Source of the DNA: an uncultured Candidatus Poseidoniales archaeon
GTDB taxonomy: Archaea > Thermoplasmatota > Poseidoniia > Poseidoniales > Thalassarchaeaceae
Length of the DNA: 25,744 nucleotides
Direction of reading: 5' to 3'
NCBI GenBank assembly: GCA_964645485.1
Contig: CAZXZO010000019.1
Coordinates: 1-25,744, forward strand
The position numbers and the translations under genes are program-made. The notes beneath the pieces were generated by a model, which ran no database searches, was not told the DNA's origin, and saw only the letters and a program-made list of their open reading frames with translations. Each line of letters starts with the position of its first letter. Positions within the stretch are counted from its first letter, which is position 1. Positions 18,583-25,744 of the stretch are shown here, one piece after another.

Positions 18583-19821
18583 TCATTGACGTGAATAGAA
18601 AGTTTGCAGAATCTGAGCAACACTTTCGATGTCACGGATTCCTCTGGAAATCATATCCATCAAAATCTTCTCTCGTTGCCTAACATGAGCTTCGTAATCT
18701 GCTGGCCGACAACCTACTGCAGAACAAATCAATTCTCTCAATTTACTCGGCACCCCCGTTTGAGTTGTAGTATCCGTTTCCGGGTCATACTTCCAAATTG
18801 GATTGAGCCGAGGTCTATCGCCTTCCATTCCAGCGATCTCAGCGATTTCCATAATGCGTCTAACCTGCTTTCCTCCTCTGTTTATTCTACTTTGTACAAT
18901 AATTAAATCAAGCCCACTCATCATAATTGATGGAACACTCATCGGTGGGCTAGTCATCCTCGTTACAGTTTCAATCGCTGTATTTGCGTGAAGGCTACCA
19001 AATGAACCATCGTGACCAGTATTCATTGCCGTCAATAGAGTAGCAGCTTCTGGACCTCTTACTTCTCCGACAATAATTCGGTCTGGACGCATTCGCAGGC
19101 TTGACCTCAAACAATCATCCATATCGACTTCACTAGTGCCATCTGGACGCTCGGAACGAGTTTCCATACGCAGCCAATGGTCATGGAACAATTGTAATTC
19201 TGCGGTGTCTTCAACCGTCAACAATCTCTTATCCCAAGGGATGAACATGCCAAGACAATTTAGTGTGGTTGTTTTACCTGAACCTGTACCACCTGCAATG
19301 ATGAAGTTTGCAGGTCGAGAACCAAGGCCATCAACCCAGCACCACATATTCGCAGCAAGCGTAACATCAATTGAACCAAATTCAATTAAATCAATGATTG
19401 TAATCGGGTCGGCTCGGAATTTTCGAATGGTTAGTGTGGGACCATCTGGCGAAACTGGCGGAATAACTCCATTCACTCTACTTCCATCGGGCAATCTCCC
19501 GTCAAAGAGAGGAACTTTCCCTGGACCATCACCAAGTGGAACATTAGTAAAAGCAGCAATATTTCCAGCAATTTTCAATCCCTCATCATCTTCAATCCAA
19601 ATATTTGTACGACACATTCCATGCTCTCGGTGAGCCACTTTCACACATTGTTGCCCACCATTGTACATCACTTCCTCAAGAAAATCGTCTTCTAAAAGTG
19701 GTTTCAAAGCGCCATACGGATTTGCTGGAGTATTTCCATCAACGTGGTACATTGGGCTAGGATGATTATGCTCCATATAAATCGTAACATTGTCATATCT
19801 TGCCATGATTTCTTCACTCAT
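18583..19821 (-). CDS. Type IV pilus/type II-IV secretion assembly ATPase (archaeal TadA/CpaF/ArlI-VirB11 family)
   Basis: DGRLPDGSRVN, G.TLTIRKF, Walker A GGTGSGKTTTL, Asp box TVEDTAEL, Walker B LRMRPDRIIVGEVRGPEA and His box MNTGHDGSFGSLHAN. The likely start is ATG 19821; the track uses TTG 19845. Confidence 0.93.
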   Translation of the reverse strand: MSEEIMARYDNVTIYMEHNHPSPMYHVDGNTPANPYGALKPLLEDDFLEEVMYNGGQQCVKVAHREHGMCRTNIWIEDDEGLKIAGNIAAFTNVPLGDGPGKVPLFDGRLPDGSRVNGVIPPVSPDGPTLTIRKFRADPITIIDLIEFGSIDVTLAANMWCWVDGLGSRPANFIIAGGTGSGKTTTLNCLGMFIPWDKRLLTVEDTAELQLFHDHWLRMETRSERPDGTSEVDMDDCLRSSLRMRPDRIIVGEVRGPEAATLLTAMNTGHDGSFGSLHANTAIETVTRMTSPPMSVPSIMMSGLDLIIVQSRINRGGKQVRRIMEIAEIAGMEGDRPRLNPIWKYDPETDTTTQTGVPSKLRELICSAVGCRPADYEAHVRQREKILMDMISRGIRDIESVAQILQTFYSRQ

Positions 19822-19837
19822 TTTTCCACTTCCATTT

Positions 19838-20593
19838 TCATCCAAACAATGCCGATACCAAATATGAGCCCATGTATATAATCTGAGAAATTAAGGCCCA
19901 TGGTGCAATCCACCAAACAGATGAATTTAGTGATTTACCTAACATTACTGCGGATACCATTACCGAAAACGCGGATCCTGCTGTAAAATAAAGCAGCATT
20001 GAAGGGTGGAATAGGCCCATTGGTATACCAGATTCTGGCCCAGCAAAAAGACCAAACATGAAGCCAATTGTTGACGGCAGTAAAACCGCCATTAGTATCT
20101 GAAGGGTGAGTGCATGACCCTTCAAATCTAAAGTTCTCTTACTGCGCAAGCGCATTAATCGATCATACTCAAGACTCATAGAGAATGTAACATCAGCCAA
20201 TGGTGCTTCGTTTTCATCGGCTGTTTGTAGTAGATTGAAAGCCCTTTGTACGGTTGGGGAGCGGGTATCGAGTGCAAATTCTGAAATTGCTGCATCAAAA
20301 GTAGTCACTTGGCTACGAGCGATTGCTTTTCGTAACATATGGCCCAACAAGTCATCTCTCTGATTCGCCATTGAGCTTATCGCTTGTTGTAAACCAAGAC
20401 CTGCCCCCAGAGATGTAGAAATTCCTTCAAGAAGTTCTGGTAAGCCGGATTCTATTTTCTTCAACCTTCTACTCTCTAACATGAATGGCAATCCACCACC
20501 CATTGAAATGATTGTAAGTGGAATAAAAATCGACATCAGAAATGAATCTGTCACCATGTCAAGCATGCCAGGAATCCCAATCGCTATTGTCAC
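19838..20593 (-). CDS. TadB/TadC (T2SS F-domain) membrane platform protein
   Basis: An N-terminal TM segment, then KIESGLPELLEGISTSLGAGLGLQQAI..A (typical T2SSF box), then two or three C-terminal TM segments. It is directly upstream of the ATPase. Confidence 0.8.
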   Translation of the reverse strand: MTIAIGIPGMLDMVTDSFLMSIFIPLTIISMGGGLPFMLESRRLKKIESGLPELLEGISTSLGAGLGLQQAISSMANQRDDLLGHMLRKAIARSQVTTFDAAISEFALDTRSPTVQRAFNLLQTADENEAPLADVTFSMSLEYDRLMRLRSKRTLDLKGHALTLQILMAVLLPSTIGFMFGLFAGPESGIPMGLFHPSMLLYFTAGSAFSVMVSAVMLGKSLNSSVWWIAPWALISQIIYMGSYLVSALFG

Positions 20594-21177
20594 ACCCCCG
20601 GGTCCTTTGCTTTTGCACCAAATAGCATGAATATGAGCAAGACAATCGTGACGAGTAGGCCACCTTTGTAAGCAAACATCATCTTGTCAACAGGCGGAAT
20701 AGTAACTCCGGGGACCCCTTGTAGGCCACCCAATAAGAACGGTGAAATTGCTAATAACCCGAGAATCAGTGGTGCTAGAAACCCAAGAATAAGTGCCTTT
20801 TCTGGAAGACCTGACAAATCTTCGATATATCTCTTCAATCTGTCCGTTCGGTTCTCTTCTGCCCTTGAGGCTTGTTGCTCAAGAGAGGCCACCAAATCTG
20901 TGTTTGACACAACATTGTTCAGCATTGACGTAAGTAATCGCTGATAATCTGTACTTTTTGAAGATTTGATGAGGCGTCTTAACTCATCCTCTAACCGCTG
21001 CCCTGAGTTAACTCTTGAAAGGGCCTTTGAAAAATCTGAAGAGATGACGCCATACCCACCTTTAGCGATATGAGTCATTGATGACTCAAGCCCAACTCCT
21101 GCGCCAATTAGGACTTGTATCCCTCTCAGAGCATAGATGAGGTTAATTTCCTCTTCTTGAGCACTCATAATTCTCAT
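20590..21177 (-). CDS. Second TadB/TadC (T2SS F-domain) membrane platform protein
   Basis: LIYALRG..VLIGAGVGLESSM.HIAKGGYG.IS.DF, G..LEDEL and L..YIE.L followed by TM segments. It overlaps the next gene by 4 nt. Confidence 0.8.
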   Translation of the reverse strand: MRIMSAQEEEINLIYALRGIQVLIGAGVGLESSMTHIAKGGYGVISSDFSKALSRVNSGQRLEDELRRLIKSSKSTDYQRLLTSMLNNVVSNTDLVASLEQQASRAEENRTDRLKRYIEDLSGLPEKALILGFLAPLILGLLAISPFLLGGLQGVPGVTIPPVDKMMFAYKGGLLVTIVLLIFMLFGAKAKDPGV

Positions 21178-21184
21178 TCCCCGC

Positions 21185-21529
21185 TCAGACTACATCCTCA
21201 ATCAGTAAAAATTCGAATTCCTTGCTTTCACTATTGTAACGAACTCGAGCAAAACACACTTTGATTTCTTGTTCTTCAAATGGATCAATGAACCAACAGG
21301 TCCCAGAGCGAAAAATTGTTTGTGCCTTCAGATAAGTGGGGAGGTCAATTCTACCAGATAATATGAATTCCATACTCTCTGAACCTTGGTCAATTAAATC
21401 GTCACCTTCTCCATCTCGGGCGATTTCGCGTTGGAATCTACGTCTGATTTCAATATCCACGGTGCAACCATCTAATTGCAACCAATCTCCGTCTAAAGAG
21501 CGAATGAAACAGGAAAGACCACCCGACAT
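21185..21529 (-). CDS. Small hypothetical beta-rich protein
   Basis: ORF 21185..21553; the likelier start is ATG 21529 after GAGGGA. Its stop is 7 nt from the next gene's start, and it fills the gap within a co-directional run. Confidence 0.7.
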   Translation of the reverse strand: MSGGLSCFIRSLDGDWLQLDGCTVDIEIRRRFQREIARDGEGDDLIDQGSESMEFILSGRIDLPTYLKAQTIFRSGTCWFIDPFEEQEIKVCFARVRYNSESKEFEFLLIEDVV

Positions 21530-21589
21530 TTGAGTTCCCTCAGGTAGGGACACAAGCCGGACTCTAATTGAAGGTAGCGCGTAACAACC

Positions 21590-22501
21590 TCAATTTGAGT
21601 CAATGTGGCCAAGGAATCCGAATGATTGTTCAAAAACTAGACCATCCTCCATCAGTAGGTCAACTGTTGCCTCTCCAACACTTCTCGATATCCCTTTTGA
21701 GGCTAAATCGTTCATGATTGAGTCGTAAGGGACGCCATCTCCTGGATTGTTGGCTAACAGGTATGTTGTAATCCATTCTTTAACCTGTTCAGAAGACGAC
21801 TCTGAATCGTCATTTGAATCATCATTTGCGGACTCTGCTTGTATGGAAACTGCAGAAAGATTTCCCTCTGAATAATCAAGAGCTCTCAATACTCCCACCA
21901 TGTAGACATCGGGATCAACGCTAGAATAATGTCCTCTACCACTGATTAATCCAGAAATTAGGTCATCGGCAATTCCGACCTTCCGATATACATCAGGAGA
22001 TGGTTCCAAATCACGGCTCTTTTGGAAGAAATCAATACGACGAAGGGTTGCATCAGCTGTTTCAACTAGCCAATTAGCGTACCTTTCCCCTCCAATCATG
22101 GTAAATTCCTCTAACCTCATTCCTGTGAATACACCACCATCATCGGTTTGGTAAGGACTTGCCTTACCTATTGCAAGAAGTAAGATTGGCTCTTCATTCT
22201 GGTCAAATTTTGCAACTAATTCCTCTACTTGAGCATGAATTTCTGGTTGAAATGAACCTACATTGAACATGTGAAGCCCAGTTGGGTCTCTAATTTTGCC
22301 GCGGTAGTTTGCCCCACTATCACCATCTCTACGTTCCATGCCTTCAAGCAATCCTGCGACCATCATTCGGTTCACTTTAGCACCTAGTTTGGTAATCACA
22401 AAAGTTGGGTCATATTCTCCAGACCCTTGCTCAATTAGGTCTGATTCAAAGTATTCTCTAGCGAATAATCGAATTGCCGGTTGACGTGTGAAGCGGCTCA
22501 A
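21590..22501 (-). CDS. RPA-associated/RPA2-like OB-fold protein with a C-terminal winged-helix-like region
   Basis: R.PA.RLFA.E, P.FVIT.LGAKVNR..VAG, DPTG.....G.FQPE and W..ETA..TL.RI are typical of euryarchaeal RPA-associated proteins. The TTG start at 22501 overlaps the upstream TGA (TTGA); the track start is GTG 22516. Confidence 0.85.
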   Translation of the reverse strand: MSRFTRQPAIRLFAREYFESDLIEQGSGEYDPTFVITKLGAKVNRMMVAGLLEGMERRDGDSGANYRGKIRDPTGLHMFNVGSFQPEIHAQVEELVAKFDQNEEPILLLAIGKASPYQTDDGGVFTGMRLEEFTMIGGERYANWLVETADATLRRIDFFQKSRDLEPSPDVYRKVGIADDLISGLISGRGHYSSVDPDVYMVGVLRALDYSEGNLSAVSIQAESANDDSNDDSESSSEQVKEWITTYLLANNPGDGVPYDSIMNDLASKGISRSVGEATVDLLMEDGLVFEQSFGFLGHIDSN

Positions 22502-24192
22502 ACTGCCACCCCCCACTTTGCTCTAACTGCTTTTGATTGATCTGCTGGAGGAGTGCTCGAAACCTCTAATTCCTCTGCTAGGAACATCGCCCCTTGGTCG
22601 TCAACTAAGCAACGACCTCTCGCAGTAACAGCCTGACCGAGAAGGTCTGAGCGTAAGCCATCTACGAATGACTCAGCGCCAAAATTATCTATTTGAGAAG
22701 TTACTTGGTCAATGTTCTTTCCAAGGTATGTTTCCGTCGATGCGCCATTAAGCAGGATTGAAGCACTCTGAGCCCCATCATCAATCACCATCCTTAATCG
22801 CATATCTTTGACACCTTCAACGGCACCGTGGTCATTACATGCGTGGTCTCGAAGTACTCGGCGACATTCTGGGCAGCGATGTATAATTCCACAATCTGAC
22901 CGTACCGATACGATGCAACCCTCTGTTTCAACTCCATTCACAGAACCCCCGTTCACGAGAGAGCCTAATTCGTGTTTGACCCAGTGATTGGATGCATCTA
23001 TTGCATCCCAAGGTGCGCTTGCCAATATCTCTACTTGGTCGGCCCGGTCAATGGTGATATCAGGTGTACCTTGCCATGCTCTGACCCTAACCCCTGTGAC
23101 TGAAACGAACACCGGCAATTTTTCGACATCGATGGGTATTTCCTCCCAAGCAGTCATCCGACATCTTCCAGTTGGGTCAACGATTTCTCCTCCCCAAAGT
23201 GTCTTCTGTTCACCATCTGAGTTTGTGAAGGAACGCTCTTTCCATTCAATTACCTGAGCAACCACTGAAACATCACGTGAACCATCTGTAAGTTTTGAGA
23301 TATCTAATCTGGATGCATCTTCCAGTTGATTTTTGTCTGCGAAGTTACTATCATGGAACACCTCAACTTTCGTCCGGTCACCAATGTTCAACTCGGGAGT
23401 ATCTCGGAACCTCCTGATTGACGCCCCCTCAATACGGAGAAGTGAACCTACTTCAAAATCAAATTCTGACCAACTGACAAATCCAATGGCACCCGAAGCA
23501 TCGGCTACTTTTCCTTTGATAATGTCCAAATCTCCACTGCCATCTTTTTTGCTGATTGTCTGTGCATTAACTGCCATCAATCGACCAACAACAGTAACAA
23601 AACCATCTCTAGTTCCTGCCTCCTCGATTGTTATTGGGTCAGAGGTTGGCAACGAAACAGCAGGGCCTCCTTCTTCAAGAACTACTATTCTGCTACTACG
23701 ATTGATGTTGAGGGATTTCTTTCCTTTCCATTCATTTACACTGACACCTTCCATTCGCACGACTGAACCAGGAGCCATGTTTTCAGCATGCTCACCCCAG
23801 TCTTTGAAATCCCAACGTTCAGATTGCCCTGACTCTGCATAAGGAGCGTCCTCAATCCAACCAAATGCAATTTGTTTTTCTTCACCGCGGACCGTTTGTA
23901 TTCTAGAAACATAAGTTACTACTTTGACATCAATTGTGACATTACTGTCTTCACTTCCAAGTTCAGCAAATCTGTCAACTTTTTTCGTCTCTCGGTAAGC
24001 CGTTCTAGCCGCACTTTTCACCTTCTCTTCACTAACTTCAAAGCGCCTTAAAACAGAGCGGAAAGAATCCTTGGGAGGAAGTAAAAAATCTGTTAGATAT
24101 TTCTCAAACTCTTCTCGCACTTTATCTGGGTCGGCATCCTTCGCCTGCTCCAATACTCTCTTTACATATTCATCTACTTCAGCTGTCGTCAT
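22498..24192 (-). CDS. rpa: Replication protein A large subunit (multi-OB-fold ssDNA-binding protein with Zn finger)
   Basis: Repeated OB motifs (G.VADASG.I.FVSW, G.I.DPTGRCRMTAW), the Zn finger CPEC-x8-C-x2-H and LRMVIDDG. The likely start is ATG 24192 after GAGGA; the track uses TTG 24222. Confidence 0.92.
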   Translation of the reverse strand: MTTAEVDEYVKRVLEQAKDADPDKVREEFEKYLTDFLLPPKDSFRSVLRRFEVSEEKVKSAARTAYRETKKVDRFAELGSEDSNVTIDVKVVTYVSRIQTVRGEEKQIAFGWIEDAPYAESGQSERWDFKDWGEHAENMAPGSVVRMEGVSVNEWKGKKSLNINRSSRIVVLEEGGPAVSLPTSDPITIEEAGTRDGFVTVVGRLMAVNAQTISKKDGSGDLDIIKGKVADASGAIGFVSWSEFDFEVGSLLRIEGASIRRFRDTPELNIGDRTKVEVFHDSNFADKNQLEDASRLDISKLTDGSRDVSVVAQVIEWKERSFTNSDGEQKTLWGGEIVDPTGRCRMTAWEEIPIDVEKLPVFVSVTGVRVRAWQGTPDITIDRADQVEILASAPWDAIDASNHWVKHELGSLVNGGSVNGVETEGCIVSVRSDCGIIHRCPECRRVLRDHACNDHGAVEGVKDMRLRMVIDDGAQSASILLNGASTETYLGKNIDQVTSQIDNFGAESFVDGLRSDLLGQAVTARGRCLVDDQGAMFLAEELEVSSTPPADQSKAVRAKWGVAV

Positions 24193-24223
24193 AATCAATT
24201 CCTCTTGCAATTGGAAGCTCAAA

Positions 24224-24347
24224 AGTGCTTGAGTAACCCAACCGCATCAGACAACTCCGAACGCGCACGTCTCCGTGTGTATGCATCCGAGGCAACAGTC
24301 TGGCGTGCGGGTTGGGTAAGACTCTGCACTCCATCACCTCCGGGAGT
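24224..24347. other. Long imperfect intergenic stem-loop (candidate structured RNA or regulatory element)
   Basis: Nested complementarity: AGTGC(24224-28)/GCACT(24326-30), GAGT(24231-34)/ACTC(24321-24), ACCCAACC(24236-43)/GGTTGGGT(24310-17), GCA/TGC, TCAGAC(24247-52)/GTCTGG(24298-303), and apical CACG-TCTC-CGTG (a GAGA tetraloop on the minus strand). Confidence 0.55.
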
Positions 24348-24405
24348 CACCACCGATACCCGACGGTTCATAATAGATTGCTTGTAAAAGTGATAATAAT
24401 AGTGC

Positions 24406-25563
24406 ATGGACTTAGAAGCAGACACCGGTTGCCTCAAGCCAATGGGTAATTGGGGCGAATTCGTTTTTAACGAACAAAGTGTAGCCCCTGGCAACCGTTT
24501 GGAAACCACCCTTTCTGTTGGAAAAGACCCTATGGGACAAAGTGCAGACATTCCTGTCCAAATTCTACATGGGGCAATAAAAGGGCCAACAATCGCTGTA
24601 ACCGCTGCAATCCATGGCGACGAATTGAATGGCACAGGAATTATTCATCATCTTGTCTATGGTGACGACCACATCCCCGGCACCCTTGATGACCACATCG
24701 ACCCTTCTCAATTATCCGGCACTCTGATTTTAGTGCCCGTGGTAAATGTTGAAGGAATGATGATGGGAACGCGCACCACTCCTGATGGACGCGACCTAAA
24801 TCGCCTATTCCCCGGCTCACAGTCAGGAAATCAATCTCGACGTTTAGCACACGCACTTTTCACTCAGGTTGTACAACGAGCCGACTATCTGATTGACTTG
24901 CACACAGCACCACTAACACGAATGAATGTACCACAAATCAGAGCTGATTTAGATAATCCAAAATGCAAAAATATTGCCCGTGCATTCGGCACCAAAGTCA
25001 TCATGAATTCAAAGGGCCCTCTTGGGAGTATTCGCCGCGAAGCAACAAACTCTGGAATCCCCACAATCCTACTGGAAAGTGGTACATCTCACCGGTTTGA
25101 GCCAGAAACACTCGAAAGTGGAGTCGCAGGAATACTCAATGTTTTATCACATCTTAAGATGCTAAATCGAACAATCGTGAAGCCAAATTGGAGGATTATA
25201 GTTCGTAAATTCCGCTGGGTACGCGCCCCTGTCGGTGGAATCTTACACACCCTAGTTAATGGTGGGTCAATGGTCAAAGAGGGGGAAATAATTGCCTATG
25301 TGACAGATCCATTCGGCGCTCGAGTCGACGATGTGATTAGCCCAGTCAACGGTTATGTTGTGGGGCTAGCAACTACGCCTCTAGTTCGTCCAGGAGACCC
25401 AATCGCAAACATCGTTTTTGTCCGAGAAAAGAAAATTAAAGAAATTCTTGAAAAGGAAAAATACGGGAAGGGAATTCAAAGCACAGAAGATGATGATATT
25501 GCCGAACAGGATATTGATGATGAAGAAGGGTCAACCCTTGATGATACAGAAATCTCCTCATGA
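24406..25563 (+). CDS. Succinylglutamate desuccinylase/aspartoacylase (AstE/AspA, M14-like) family Zn hydrolase
   Basis: AAIHGDELNG (HxxE Zn ligands), VPVVNVEG, RDLNRLFPG, LIDLHT, ILLESG and a C-terminal RAP.GG...SP..G.V.G hybrid-like domain. It ends in an acidic tail. Confidence 0.9.
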   Translation: MDLEADTGCLKPMGNWGEFVFNEQSVAPGNRLETTLSVGKDPMGQSADIPVQILHGAIKGPTIAVTAAIHGDELNGTGIIHHLVYGDDHIPGTLDDHIDPSQLSGTLILVPVVNVEGMMMGTRTTPDGRDLNRLFPGSQSGNQSRRLAHALFTQVVQRADYLIDLHTAPLTRMNVPQIRADLDNPKCKNIARAFGTKVIMNSKGPLGSIRREATNSGIPTILLESGTSHRFEPETLESGVAGILNVLSHLKMLNRTIVKPNWRIIVRKFRWVRAPVGGILHTLVNGGSMVKEGEIIAYVTDPFGARVDDVISPVNGYVVGLATTPLVRPGDPIANIVFVREKKIKEILEKEKYGKGIQSTEDDDIAEQDIDDEEGSTLDDTEISS

Positions 25564-25571
25564 ATTAGGCA

Positions 25572-25579
25572 TTTTTTTT
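25572..25579 (+). terminator. Oligo-T terminator candidate
   Basis: T8 run 8 nt after the AstE-like stop codon. Confidence 0.55.
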
Positions 25580-25650
25580 CTTATGAATGACAACAATTGC
25601 CATTCAAGTTGACCTAACAATCAAGGACTTTGATACAGGAAAAGTGCGAT

Positions 25651-25744
25651 AGGCTGGGCGTGAATCCTCGACCTAAACTGAGCGTGCGAAGGAAGGTCGA
25701 GGACGCGAAGGTTGCTGTGCAACCTGACGCGCCTTCAAGTCCGG
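25651..25744 (+). other. GC-rich multi-hairpin segment at the window edge (candidate ncRNA 5' end, or start of a CDS at GTG 25660)
   Basis: Perfect 10-bp inverted repeat TCCTCGACCT(25665-74)/AGGTCGAGGA(25694-703), a 7-bp AGGTTGC/GCAACCT hairpin, and a possible closing helix GGCGTG/CGCGCC. GC is about 61% (57 of 94 nt, hand count). The frame from GTG 25660 is also open to the edge. Confidence 0.35.

Noticed and set aside
18583-21177. Archaellum (arlI/arlJ) assignment
   Set aside because: There are two separate short TadB/C-like genes instead of one ArlJ, and no archaellins or ArlF/G/H nearby.
24224-24347. 5S rRNA or tRNA identity for the intergenic hairpin
   Set aside because: I found no 5S conserved blocks (for example CCGAAC..GAAGTTAAGC) in proper context and no cloverleaf on either strand.
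278-25612. Many short antisense or overlapping ORFs in the track (for example 345-617, 1601-1939, 13587-14078, 16959-17696, 19136-19633, 23333-23842)
   Set aside because: They are shadow frames of well-supported genes and have no recognisable motifs or SD context.
25728-25744. tRNA T-arm-like TTCAAGTCC at the window end
   Set aside because: The 5' flank (GCGCC) cannot pair with the 3' CCGG as a T-stem, and no cloverleaf is present upstream.
1-25744. CRISPR arrays, IS elements, integrases or prophage genes
   Set aside because: I saw no periodic direct repeats, transposase or integrase motifs, or terminal inverted repeats flanking an ORF.

Overview
This is a dense, mostly core archaeal chromosomal segment. 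Gene content and style suggest a Thermoplasmatota euryarchaeon, most plausibly Marine Group II/Poseidoniales-like (inference, not verified). From left to right it holds: an edge-truncated ketopantoate reductase (panE, missed by the ORF track); a site-2-protease-like membrane protein with no catalytic motifs and a large Cys-containing C-terminal region; a complete A1Ao ATP synthase operon (H-I-K-E-C-F-A-B-D, minus strand); a UbiE/MenG-like methyltransferase converging on a long-chain polyprenyl synthase plus geranylgeranyl-reductase pair; a cysteine-free degenerate HemC homolog; a triple-SAP-motif protein; a minus-strand run rpa1-rpap-small hypothetical-two TadB/C-like membrane proteins-type IV pilus/secretion ATPase; and an AstE/aspartoacylase-family hydrolase. 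Two GC-rich self-complementary non-coding stretches (24224-24347 and 25651-25744) may be structured RNAs. I found no CRISPR array, transposase, rRNA or tRNA. The most interesting leads are the RPA-linked minimal T4P motor run, the two apparent pseudoenzymes, the SAP-repeat protein, the extra membrane block in ATP synthase subunit I and the long intergenic hairpin. All family calls come from motif recognition by eye; no database searches were run.
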